DNA from: Candidatus Shapirobacteria bacterium
GTDB taxonomy: Bacteria > Patescibacteriota > Microgenomatia > UBA12405 > BS750m-G30
Assembly (NCBI GenBank): GCA_016783425.1
Contig: JADHWP010000002.1
Location: forward strand, 1-44,227
Direction of reading: 5' to 3'
Length of the DNA stretch: 44,227 nt
Shown: in pieces, positions 32,534 through 41,979 of the stretch
How positions within the stretch are numbered: position 1 is the first letter of the stretch
Layout: each line of letters starts with the position of its first letter
The notes under the pieces: model-generated
Told to the model about the DNA's origin: nothing
Seen by the model: only the letters and a program-made list of their open reading frames with translations
The model's database searches: none
Made by a program: the position numbers and the translations under genes

Positions 32534-33562
32534 ATGAGTAAGGCAAGGGTGGCGATTAATGGTTTTGGCCGGATCGGGAGAGTTGCTTTTCGGGCCTGGT
32601 GGGAGCGCTATTCTGAAGAAATTGATTTGGTAGCTATTAATACCTCCGGTTCAATGGGGGTCGAGGGCTGGGCTCATCTTTTAAAATACGATACGGTTTA
32701 CGGCCGTTTTTCGGAAAAGATTGAAATTGTTGAGCCTAAAGGCGGAGAGGAGATTGGAAGGATTAAAGTTAAGGATCGGGAATTTCCAATTCTGGCCCAG
32801 CGTAATCCTCAAAAAATCAGATGGAAGAATTATAAAACTGATATTGTGCTGGAGTGCACTGGCGCTTTTGAGGACAAAAAAGCGGCCGGTCATTTCAAAG
32901 GAGGGGCAAAAAAGGTGATTATTTCTTCTCCCCCTAAAGATCCTCAAATTCCGGTTTATTTGCTGGGGGTTAATGATCAGGAATACAAGGGGGAGAATTT
33001 AATTAGTAATGGTTCTTGCACCACCAATTGTGTGGCGCCCCTGGTTAAATTAATTGATCAAAAGCTTGGCTTTGAGGAATGCGTAATGATTACTATTCAC
33101 GGCTATACTTCCACTCAAAACTTAGTGGATGGCTCCCATTCGGATTTGCGCCGAGCCAGAGCGGCGGCGCAAAATATTGTTCCGACCGGAACCGGGGCGG
33201 CCAAGGCGGTAGTGGCTGCTTATCCGCAAGCACAAGGTCGATTCGCGGCTTCAGCCGTACGAGTGCCGGTAGCTTGTGGCTCCTATTCAGAGTTTGTTTT
33301 TAAATTGAAAAAAAAAGTAACCGTGGATCAGGTTAATCAGTTAATGATTGAAGCCGCCGGTAATCAGCTGGCGGGAATCGTTAAAGTTTCTTTTGAGCCT
33401 TTGGTATCTTCTGATATTTTGGGTAATTCCGCTTCAGCCATTGTGGACCTGCCTTTAACCCAGGTAGTTTCCGAGGACATGCTTCATTTGGGCGCCTGGT
33501 ATGATAATGAATACGGTTATTGTTGCCGCTTGCTGGAGTTAGCTTCCAGGATTAATCAGTGA
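32534..33562 (+). CDS. gap: Glyceraldehyde-3-phosphate dehydrogenase, type I
   Basis: Contains INGFGRIGR, SNGSCTTNC and WYDNEYGY. Confidence 0.9.
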   Translation: MSKARVAINGFGRIGRVAFRAWWERYSEEIDLVAINTSGSMGVEGWAHLLKYDTVYGRFSEKIEIVEPKGGEEIGRIKVKDREFPILAQRNPQKIRWKNYKTDIVLECTGAFEDKKAAGHFKGGAKKVIISSPPKDPQIPVYLLGVNDQEYKGENLISNGSCTTNCVAPLVKLIDQKLGFEECVMITIHGYTSTQNLVDGSHSDLRRARAAAQNIVPTGTGAAKAVVAAYPQAQGRFAASAVRVPVACGSYSEFVFKLKKKVTVDQVNQLMIEAAGNQLAGIVKVSFEPLVSSDILGNSASAIVDLPLTQVVSEDMLHLGAWYDNEYGYCCRLLELASRINQ

Positions 33563-34197
33563 AGATTATTCCCGTGATTTTGACTAATTCTTCTCCAGAC
33601 TTAGAGAAGAAAATTAACTTTTTAGAAGGAAAAACCGATTGGGTGCAGATTGATGTGACTGACAGCAAGTTTGGGGGGGAAGCCACTTTTCCTCTAGAGT
33701 GGCTGGGCCAATATCAGGACAAGCAGTTTTTTTGGGATATTCATTTAATGGTCGATAATCCTTTTGCCTGGGTGGAAAAGTGCAATTTAATTATCGCCCA
33801 AAGGGTAATCGGTCAAATTGAACTAATGAATGATCAGCTTGATTTTTTGGATCGAGTGGAGAGTGAGGGAATGGAAGCGGGGCTGGCGGTTGACCTGGCT
33901 ACTCCCTTGGAAAGGATTGATCAGGAGGTTTTCTGGCGCTGTAGTGTGATTTTGCTTTTAGGAGTTAAAGCTGGCCGGGGTGGACAAGAGTTTGAGAAAA
34001 GTTGCTTGAAGAAGATTAGGCGTTTGATGGAGATGCGGGAGGAGCTAAAAGCTGATTTTGCCATTGGGGTAGACGGAGGGATTAATAAAAATAACCTTTT
34101 GGAAATACAAGAAGCCGGAGCGGATATTGCTTTTGCGGGCAGTGCGATTTGGAACAGGGAAATTAAACTCAAAAAAGACCAGGAAAAGATTATTTAA
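33559..34197 (+). CDS. Ribulose-phosphate 3-epimerase-like TIM-barrel protein
   Basis: Contains QIDVTDSKFGGEATFP, DIHLMVDNP and VDGGINKNN...GADIAFAGSAI. It is divergent from canonical Rpe. Confidence 0.55.
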   Translation: MKIIPVILTNSSPDLEKKINFLEGKTDWVQIDVTDSKFGGEATFPLEWLGQYQDKQFFWDIHLMVDNPFAWVEKCNLIIAQRVIGQIELMNDQLDFLDRVESEGMEAGLAVDLATPLERIDQEVFWRCSVILLLGVKAGRGGQEFEKSCLKKIRRLMEMREELKADFAIGVDGGINKNNLLEIQEAGADIAFAGSAIWNREIKLKKDQEKII

Positions 34198-35585
34198 GGC
34201 TGTTTTTCAAGAGTGTAAAGAATGGCTATTTCGTCTTCATAGTTTTTTTCCCAGGGATAACCAGGATTGTTTTTAAGCTCTAAGTCTAAAAAAGTATTTT
34301 TGCCAATTAGCAGGCAATCAGCTTTATACGCTTCCAACTTTTGCTCAAAACCAGACTGGGCTTGAAGAATTTCCAGGTAGATAGTATAGGGACTTTTGCC
34401 GCTGGGGGTAGACCAAGTGGGCATGCGGCCGTCTACAAAAATTTTTCTGCCTGGCAAATGCCAGGCTAAGTATCCGCCCCACTCATAAGCATTAAAAATG
34501 TTTTGGCAAAGATCAGGATTGCCTTTTAAATATTGGGTGGCCTGACAGGGCAAGCTCCACTGGCTGTTTTCACAAATAGTTGACCAGCCGGGGTTGGCAG
34601 GAGGAAGTTTAGTTAATCGCCAGGTTAAGGAAGTGGAGAAAATAAGGAAGATTATTATTTTGCTGATCCGGATTTTTTTTGCTTGAAATTGAAACAGGTG
34701 GTTAGCTAAATAAACAGAAGAAAGGCCAAAAGCGGCTAAATTGCGCCGAGCTTTTAGGGCTAATATTAGAAAAAATAAATAGCTGAGAAAAAGAAAGATA
34801 AAGTTTTTTTTCTTAAGCAGTTTATTTATTTTAACTTGGCTAATAAGGCCAATAAAGAGGGTAGAAACACTAATGATGATTAGTAAAATGCTTATCTTAG
34901 TTGGCTTTACCCATTCAGCAATCAGTTGGTTTAAGGGATACCAGGTATGGCGGTAAATCTCTTGGTAGTTCTCAAAACCGAAAGGATTAATTAGGGTAGC
35001 CAGAAAAGAAACAAAGATAATAATGAGGAGAGGGGTTATTTTTTCTTTTTTGTGAACTTTTCCTATTAAATAGAAAAAGAGCAAAATGAAACCCAAGATA
35101 AAACCACCATGAAGATTAGCCCAAAGTAAAAAAAGCAAAGGAAGGAGAAATAATCTTTTTTTATTTAAAAGAAGAAAGTAAAGCAGGGAAATGCCTAGAA
35201 AGGAGAAAAGCTGGCTACGCCAGCCAAGATTAGTTACTGGCAGGCTGATGAGAAAAAGAAAAATAAAACTAAGGGCTAGAAAGAGAGTGTTGCTCTTGGG
35301 AAAGGTTTTGATAATTAACCAAAAGACAGTGGTGAGCAGTAAGGCGTTACCGATAACTAAGCTCCAAAAACCAAAATAATTGAAAAGAAAGAAAGTTAGG
35401 AGCTGGTAGAGTGAGTAGGCGTGTTTCCATTGGTAGTTGGTTAGGAAAAATCCTATTTGGTTAATTTTAAAAACTTGGTGGTTTTGAAATATCTGCTGGC
35501 CGTAGCGCAGATGCCAGCCCAAGTCCGTATCTATGGGTAAAATTAAATAGCAAAGAAAAACACTAGCTAAAAGTAATTTTTTCAT
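34194..35585 (-). CDS. Polytopic membrane protein with C-terminal extracytoplasmic domain (GT-C-like glycosyltransferase candidate)
   Basis: 463 aa. The first loop is PIDTDLGWHLRYG, an acidic motif before WHL. About 10-12 hydrophobic helices are followed by a soluble tail of about 130 aa. It overlaps the upstream gene by 4 nt. Confidence 0.45.
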   Translation of the reverse strand: MKKLLLASVFLCYLILPIDTDLGWHLRYGQQIFQNHQVFKINQIGFFLTNYQWKHAYSLYQLLTFFLFNYFGFWSLVIGNALLLTTVFWLIIKTFPKSNTLFLALSFIFLFLISLPVTNLGWRSQLFSFLGISLLYFLLLNKKRLFLLPLLFLLWANLHGGFILGFILLFFYLIGKVHKKEKITPLLIIIFVSFLATLINPFGFENYQEIYRHTWYPLNQLIAEWVKPTKISILLIIISVSTLFIGLISQVKINKLLKKKNFIFLFLSYLFFLILALKARRNLAAFGLSSVYLANHLFQFQAKKIRISKIIIFLIFSTSLTWRLTKLPPANPGWSTICENSQWSLPCQATQYLKGNPDLCQNIFNAYEWGGYLAWHLPGRKIFVDGRMPTWSTPSGKSPYTIYLEILQAQSGFEQKLEAYKADCLLIGKNTFLDLELKNNPGYPWEKNYEDEIAILYTLEKQP

Positions 35586-37135
35586 GGATTAACTAATTCC
35601 GGCTGATACTGGTTATTAATATAAATCGGGATCATTTCTGCTTTAATTATTTTGTTTTTACTCAAAATAATTTTTCCTAAAGCCCCGCTTCTAGTATCTT
35701 GGGACCAAAGCTGGTCAAAAACAAAATTTCCCAAAGAATAAAAAATTGGTTTTCCCTCTATGTATTCCAGGGGTTGGGCAACATGGGGATGGTGGCCAAT
35801 AATAATATCCGCTCCCGCTTCAATTGCCAGTTGGGCAATTTCTTTTTGGCGAAAGTTGGGCTGGCCTTGATATTCCTCTCCCCAGTGAAAATTAACTATT
35901 ACCCAATCAGCCTGGGAGTCAACTTTTTCTATTTCTGCTTGAAGCCTGGTTTTGTCTAAAGGGGCAAGGGTATCGTCAAAACCTAAGAAAACAAGATCTA
36001 TTTCCTTAATGGTTCGAAAATCTATTTTGCCCAAGCCAAAGTATTTTATCTTTTGATTATCCAGGGCTTGGATAGTTTCATCTAGGCCTTGGGGGCCAAA
36101 ATTATTAATATGGTTGTTGGCAAGATTAAGAGCATCAAAACCGGCACTCGTTAAGCCGTTGAGGTTTTGAATCTCTCCGCAAAACTTAAAGCCGGTACGT
36201 AATTGGGGGCAATCACTGATTACCGGACCTTCTAAATTGGCAATTGCCCAATCAGCTTCTTGAATAACCGAAGCAATTTTTTCAAAAGGAAAGTGGAGGT
36301 TTTGTTTTTGGATGATCGTATAGTTTATTTCCCGGGAAAGGGAAAGATCGCCAGTGGCAATCAGAGTAATTTGAGCAGGGGGGGTAGGGGAAAGAGGAAT
36401 TAAAGTAGGGGTAAAAGTAGAATCAGAAGGACGGAAGGCAATAAAAAAGTAGCTAGTGCCTTCTTGATATTTGTTTTTTAAAACTATTGGTTTTAGGTTT
36501 TCTGGTTTAGTTAATTCTAAAAAAGAGATTATGCAGGTTGGGCAATCAAGGTAATCTGAATTTAGGGTGCTGATTAGTTGATAGTTGTAATTTTCAATAG
36601 CCTGAAGAGTGACTTGATCGTTTTGGGCACTAGTTTTTTGATCAAGGTAGTGGGCAAAGTCAACTGAAGCAATCATTAAGGTTTTTTGTTGTTCAATTTG
36701 CCCCTTTAGATTATTGGTCCAGTTTATTATTTGCTCAACTTCCTGTCCTTTGCGAAAAATAAAGGGGATAATTTGGGCCCGAGGGTATCTTTTTTTTAAA
36801 AGTGGTTTTAGAGTTTGAATGCTGTGCTCTTCTTCTATTAATTCTTCGTTAATATCGGTTCCTAGTTTATGGGCAAGATAATTATTGGTGCTAATAAGAT
36901 AGGGACCAATATCTTGATGATTGGGGCCAAAAATAATAATGGTGGTTATTTGTGAAAGTTTGGGACCGGATAAAAGAATATCGTTTATTTGTGAGGAGAA
37001 AAGGGGATTATGAGGAAGGATAAAAGCTTTATTTATTTGTTTAATTTCGGGTTTAGTAACCAAGTTAAAGGTGAAGAATAAAACCAAAATAATTGCTCCT
37101 AGCAAAAGGAGAAAAATAGTATTCTTTTTAAGCAT
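35582..37135 (-). CDS. Fusion protein: Memo-like (AmmeMemoRadiSam protein B family) N-domain plus CapA/PgsA-type domain, with N-terminal anchor
   Basis: The N-half has ILPHNPLFSS, IIIFGPNHQDIG, EEEHSIQTLKPLLKK and MIASVDFAHYL, matching the Memo pattern PHAGY / GPNH / EHS / SxDxxHY. The C-half has ATGDLSLSR, ANLEGP, NLANNH, VNFHWGEEY, GHHPHV and YSLGNFVFDQ, typical of CapA. Confidence 0.65.
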   Translation of the reverse strand: MLKKNTIFLLLLGAIILVLFFTFNLVTKPEIKQINKAFILPHNPLFSSQINDILLSGPKLSQITTIIIFGPNHQDIGPYLISTNNYLAHKLGTDINEELIEEEHSIQTLKPLLKKRYPRAQIIPFIFRKGQEVEQIINWTNNLKGQIEQQKTLMIASVDFAHYLDQKTSAQNDQVTLQAIENYNYQLISTLNSDYLDCPTCIISFLELTKPENLKPIVLKNKYQEGTSYFFIAFRPSDSTFTPTLIPLSPTPPAQITLIATGDLSLSREINYTIIQKQNLHFPFEKIASVIQEADWAIANLEGPVISDCPQLRTGFKFCGEIQNLNGLTSAGFDALNLANNHINNFGPQGLDETIQALDNQKIKYFGLGKIDFRTIKEIDLVFLGFDDTLAPLDKTRLQAEIEKVDSQADWVIVNFHWGEEYQGQPNFRQKEIAQLAIEAGADIIIGHHPHVAQPLEYIEGKPIFYSLGNFVFDQLWSQDTRSGALGKIILSKNKIIKAEMIPIYINNQYQPELVNP

Positions 37136-40100
37136 TACTGAATAATTATATCAGGTGGAGGGCTAGAGAGATTAAAAGAATCTTTAGAAACAGAATGATA
37201 AATAATTGCCGGTTCAAAGGTGAAATTACCTTTATTTATTGGTCTGGCGAGAAAGTAAATAGGATCGGAAGGATCGGCCCTAAAAACTAATTGATTGCCT
37301 TCTTGGAATAGGGGGTAAGAATAGTGTTTATTGCTTTTTTCTTCTATCGTTTGCCAGGAGTAAGGGGCTTTAATATAGCGCAATCCTGAAGGAAGACTAA
37401 TGGTTACCAGATAGGGCTCGCTCAAGGCGTTGGCATTAATTTGGGATTGAGCCTTAATTTCAACCACTTGTCCGGTGGATATCTTTCCTTGAGGATTGCT
37501 GGTTAAGTTTAGTTTTATTTGTTGATCGTAGTCACTCTCATTGGGCTGGTAACCTTCCCACCATTGGGCAATATAACCTAAACGTCCGGAAACCGGTTCA
37601 ATTTCAAAACTGTCGGTTTGGGATGGGGAAACTAGTATTTGATAAGCCTTTCCAGACTCTAAGGTTTGTTTTTTAGTTTTGCCGTCCAGGCGGTAGGAAA
37701 AAACTCCCGGATCAGTTAGGCTTTTTTCTAAAAATGATTTTAAAAAGATTGCTTTTTCAGTGACGTATAAGTTTTCCTGGCTCGGATTATCATTTAAAAA
37801 GTACCACATTTTTTCAGCCAAATCATTGCCGATTTTTCCGCCTAAAACCATTGCCAGAGCAGTAGTTTCAATGTCCATTTCTTTGCTTTTTCCTAGATTA
37901 ACTACCTCTTGGTAAAGTTCCTGTCCTGTCGCTTGGTCTCCAAGAGCGCTAGCGGCTAATCCTAAAAATATTTTACCCAAAGTAGTATTTTCCTCTTTTT
38001 TTAGATTAATGATCGTGTTTAAAACCGGTTCTTCAAGTTCAGCCAGTCCCCAAAGAGCAGCGCTTGCCCGCTCAATTGATTTTTCTTGATTAAACTGTTC
38101 CCAAAGATACCTTTTTAGACTAATCTTGTCAGTTTCTTCCAGTCCCAGGGCCGCTATTTTACTGGAAAGGAAAAGATCCGGACTGCTCTGAGGGGTAAGG
38201 ACGAAGCCTCCTTCTCTTTGGTAGTGACTGATATTGCTCTCTTTAGTTAAATTAGTACCGAAATAGTTGTTTAAAAGTTGACGTACCTTCAGTTGAGTAG
38301 CCAATCTGTCAACCCGTTCGTTTTTCCCGTAAATATCAAGTCGGGAAAGAGCGATTAAATAGGGATACCAAAAACCTTGGCTTTTGTCGACTACGGTTAC
38401 GACGGCTGTTTTTTGGGTAGACCAGGCGGGTTTAATTTTTTGATTAAGTTCTTGATACTCGCTTACTTCCCGGCTTAACCGGCTTTTAACCACCTTAATG
38501 GTTTTTGCTAACCCGTCTTTTTTGCCTTGATTCTCTGCCCATATTTCAATTTTATGTTCTCCTGGTTCTAAGCTTTTAAGAGAAAAATCAACTGGCTCAA
38601 AACCTTTTTTGCTAATCTTTTGGACTCCAATTCCCAAACTGGGAGCTTTTAGGGTGTAATCAATATTCTGATCATTGTCAATTAAATCACCATAAGCAAT
38701 AGCAGTAATTTGGGGTTGGTCACTGCTAATAAATTCCTCATTGCTAATTAAATTTACAAAGATTGGTTTAGAAACAGGGATTAAATATTCTCCCTCTCCT
38801 GCTTCTAAAGCTTCGCTCAAAGCAACGCTGGTAATTCGCCAGGAAGTAATATTGTCAGGAAGCTTAAAACTTAAATTAGCCTTTCCTTGACTATCGGTTT
38901 CTACTTCTTGAAAAACCGCGGTATTTTGGAAATTTTCTCTTAATCCTCCTCCCCCTCCGCCTTCGGCTTGTAATTCTTCTTGAGGTCGAGGATGAGAGGT
39001 GTAGCTAATAATTCGACCTTCGCCAATGGAACGGTAAAGGGTGGAAAGAAGATTAGGAGAGGGGATGGCGTCAAGATCACTTAGAGCTTCATCTACGGCG
39101 GAAACTAAAAGTCGAGTCTGGCGAGGTTGGTTTTGGTAATCAGCAGCCAGAATTTCTACTTTTACTTCCTCGCCGGGCTCGTATTTTTCTTTATTAGTTT
39201 TTATTTCTAAATTTAATTCTTTATTTTCTGAATTAAAGCGCAAACTTAAGGCTCCCCGGCTAAACATGTCCCAATTTTGGCTGCTCCAGTAAGTATTGCC
39301 GGTAAAGCAAATAGCTCTGATTTCCAGGTTGGGAATAAATTCTTCTTTAAATTCAAGCTCTAATTGGTTGCTGGTTTGGTTTTTTCGAAAGACATTTTTC
39401 CCGTTTTGAGAACCAATAATAAGGAAGTGAAAGGACTCTTCGGGGAGAGGAGATTGGGTGGCTAAGGTTAGTTTGACTTTTTCGCCTACTTTGAAGCTAG
39501 TAGCGTTGCTTTCGATAGTTAACTGACTGGTCGCTTCTCTTTGGCTGCCGGCCCATAGGTGTAATTTAGTATTTTCGATTCGACCGTTTTCATCTTCAGC
39601 CGTTAAGATAATTTCATAGCTTTTTTCTTCTTGGGCCGGGAAATTAAGAATAGCCTCCCCTTGAGCGTTGGTCGTAAGCTCTTCCTCTTTGATCATTTCC
39701 TGCCTTTTTTCATAACGGTATTGCTTAATTATTCTTTTGTCAATTGGGTCGTAGACTTCTCCGGTTTCAATTTTTTCTTGCCAAGTATAATAGACCATTG
39801 TTTTTATTTTTTGGCTAGCAACCGGCTCTCCTTTTTTGTCCCAGGGACTAGCTTGGAGCTTTTCAAGATCTAACTTAATCGCTTTAATAGTGGTGGTGGC
39901 CTGGTTATTTTCCCATTCGGTTTTTCCGCTTAAATTAATTTTCGGGCCGAAAGTATAAAAAGATACCGAGGTGTTTATTTCTGCCTCTTGGGGGAGTTTA
40001 GGATGAAAGTCAAGGTTCCAATAATCAGGCCAATATTCCCGACTTTCGTAATTAGTTTTTACCTCAAGAGTTGCTTCACCTATCCGGTTAGTGGTAATTT

Positions 40101-41961
40101 CCCCCTTGGTGTCTTTTTGGTAATTCTGCCAGGCAAGAGTAGTGTTGCTTACAGGAGTTCCGTCCCAAAAACTGGCTTTTATTTTAATTTTATTAGTCTC
40201 TCCGGCCCAAATAGCTACTCTTTCGGGGATAGCCTCGATTTTATAAGCCGGTTTAGAAAAGGTTTGAATGCTAAAGTATTTGCTGTTGATCAAAGTTTTT
40301 TCATCAAAAATACCTATTGAGTAAGAACCGGGAGGTAGTTGGCTTAGGTCAAATTGGCTGATAAAAGTTCCTTGAGGAGAAAGACTGATTTCTTTTTCTT
40401 CGATTAAGGTAACTCCTTGGTCAACTTTCTCGCTCCAAAAACTATAATAACCTTTTGCTAACTTAGCTTTTGCCTGATTGATTCTCCCTTTTTCTCGGGG
40501 TTTAATAATTCCCCAAAAATTAATTTTATCTTGAGGGGCGTATAGTTGGCGGTCAAAATAAAGGTAGGACCAGTATTCGTTAGCCTTAACCTGAACTTTA
40601 CTTTCGGTTGGCCCGTTTGAAGACCAATTTGAAGTCCCTAAAAGCAGAACATAAGCCTTATTTGCTCCTTGCTCTAAAGTTAAGAGATGATTTTTACTTT
40701 CTTTTAAAGAGTTGGGGGTTTTAATTTCTGCCATTCCTTCGTTGTCTGTTTGGGCAATTTTTTGGCTATCTTGGAAAATGGCCGTGCCCCCGGCCGGTTG
40801 CTTGGTTTGCAAATCATTAGTCCAGAAAACAGTTTCCTTGTCCCCGACCCATAAATACCAAGACAAAGGAGTAGATTGGATTAAAACTTGGCTGGAATGA
40901 GTTCCCGGATTTTCTATTTCCAGAAAATAGTATCCTGGGGTTAATTTTTCGGGAAGCTCAAAGTAGGATTGAGGAGCGGTGTCGTTTATTCTTTTTACTT
41001 CCAAATCAAACTCGCTATTTGGAGGCTGATTAATAGAACAGCGGTGGAGGGTTTGGCTGTATTGAGCCCAGTCAGGCAAACTAATCTTTTCTTCTAAGCA
41101 GTTTTTAAAGTTATGTTCGCTTACTTGGTAAAGTTTTCCCTTAGTTTGGCTACTGGGGGGTTGCCAGTTACCAATTAAAATTGTCGGAGGGAGGTCAGGA
41201 GATGTTTCAAAAAGGGATCGGGTAAAATTAAACCGAGGAGTTCTTACTTTCTCTTCCTCTCCGGTTTCGAATTGGAAAACATAATCTTGGGCTAGGGTTT
41301 CCTCACTCCCGCTTAAAACAAGTCCCTTTTTAACCTTAACCGTGTAAATCGTTGTTGAAGTAAGTTTTTGGGGCACAAAAACGAGGGTGTTTTGATGTTT
41401 TTCCCAATGACCATCAAGAGAAGGGTTAATTTCCAGGTAATTTTGGTCCGGGGTAAATTCGGGATTATTAAAGTAAATTTCAATTGGGCTGTTAAGGGGG
41501 ACATCGGTTATTTTATCAGCCGGAAGACTGCCTGTAATCTCCAGGGGAGTTTGGACTTGGAAAGCCCAGGAAATTTCTTGAGCTTGGACTCCGCCAATCA
41601 ACGAGGGAAGTTTAAATTGGTAAATTTCTCCTTTAGCTAATTCTTTACTGGGGGTAATTTCCCATTCGTTCTCTTTGGTTTGTTTTATTTCTAAAGAAAG
41701 AGCAGGAATAATCGTTAGACTTTGTTCCAGCTCGGCAGTATTTAGAGGCGCTTGGCTAGAAAGGAGAAAAGTAGTGTTAGGTAGAATTCCGCTGTTATCT
41801 TTTTTGGTGGCAACTAAAGTAATATCTGCTTGGGAGTTTAGGTTAATTTTTTTACCTAAATTGGGCAGGTGTGAAGAAAACTTAGGCCAAATAAAAAATT
41901 TAATTAAAGTCAGCAGGAGAGCAATTCCTAAAATGATTAAAAGCCTTTTTTTTATCATCAT
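37135..41961 (-). CDS. Alpha-2-macroglobulin-family giant envelope protein (1608 aa), apparently without a thioester
   Basis: Has an N-terminal anchor, repeated beta-rich MG/Ig-like segments, and the A2M hallmark GLRENFQNTAVFQEVETDSQGKANLSFKLPDNITSWRITSVA. No CxEQ follows it. Its 1-nt overlap with the next gene suggests coupling. Confidence 0.7.
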   Translation of the reverse strand: MMIKKRLLIILGIALLLTLIKFFIWPKFSSHLPNLGKKINLNSQADITLVATKKDNSGILPNTTFLLSSQAPLNTAELEQSLTIIPALSLEIKQTKENEWEITPSKELAKGEIYQFKLPSLIGGVQAQEISWAFQVQTPLEITGSLPADKITDVPLNSPIEIYFNNPEFTPDQNYLEINPSLDGHWEKHQNTLVFVPQKLTSTTIYTVKVKKGLVLSGSEETLAQDYVFQFETGEEEKVRTPRFNFTRSLFETSPDLPPTILIGNWQPPSSQTKGKLYQVSEHNFKNCLEEKISLPDWAQYSQTLHRCSINQPPNSEFDLEVKRINDTAPQSYFELPEKLTPGYYFLEIENPGTHSSQVLIQSTPLSWYLWVGDKETVFWTNDLQTKQPAGGTAIFQDSQKIAQTDNEGMAEIKTPNSLKESKNHLLTLEQGANKAYVLLLGTSNWSSNGPTESKVQVKANEYWSYLYFDRQLYAPQDKINFWGIIKPREKGRINQAKAKLAKGYYSFWSEKVDQGVTLIEEKEISLSPQGTFISQFDLSQLPPGSYSIGIFDEKTLINSKYFSIQTFSKPAYKIEAIPERVAIWAGETNKIKIKASFWDGTPVSNTTLAWQNYQKDTKGEITTNRIGEATLEVKTNYESREYWPDYWNLDFHPKLPQEAEINTSVSFYTFGPKINLSGKTEWENNQATTTIKAIKLDLEKLQASPWDKKGEPVASQKIKTMVYYTWQEKIETGEVYDPIDKRIIKQYRYEKRQEMIKEEELTTNAQGEAILNFPAQEEKSYEIILTAEDENGRIENTKLHLWAGSQREATSQLTIESNATSFKVGEKVKLTLATQSPLPEESFHFLIIGSQNGKNVFRKNQTSNQLELEFKEEFIPNLEIRAICFTGNTYWSSQNWDMFSRGALSLRFNSENKELNLEIKTNKEKYEPGEEVKVEILAADYQNQPRQTRLLVSAVDEALSDLDAIPSPNLLSTLYRSIGEGRIISYTSHPRPQEELQAEGGGGGGLRENFQNTAVFQEVETDSQGKANLSFKLPDNITSWRITSVALSEALEAGEGEYLIPVSKPIFVNLISNEEFISSDQPQITAIAYGDLIDNDQNIDYTLKAPSLGIGVQKISKKGFEPVDFSLKSLEPGEHKIEIWAENQGKKDGLAKTIKVVKSRLSREVSEYQELNQKIKPAWSTQKTAVVTVVDKSQGFWYPYLIALSRLDIYGKNERVDRLATQLKVRQLLNNYFGTNLTKESNISHYQREGGFVLTPQSSPDLFLSSKIAALGLEETDKISLKRYLWEQFNQEKSIERASAALWGLAELEEPVLNTIINLKKEENTTLGKIFLGLAASALGDQATGQELYQEVVNLGKSKEMDIETTALAMVLGGKIGNDLAEKMWYFLNDNPSQENLYVTEKAIFLKSFLEKSLTDPGVFSYRLDGKTKKQTLESGKAYQILVSPSQTDSFEIEPVSGRLGYIAQWWEGYQPNESDYDQQIKLNLTSNPQGKISTGQVVEIKAQSQINANALSEPYLVTISLPSGLRYIKAPYSWQTIEEKSNKHYSYPLFQEGNQLVFRADPSDPIYFLARPINKGNFTFEPAIIYHSVSKDSFNLSSPPPDIIIQ

Positions 41962-41979
41962 CTTGTTTTATTTCCTGCC

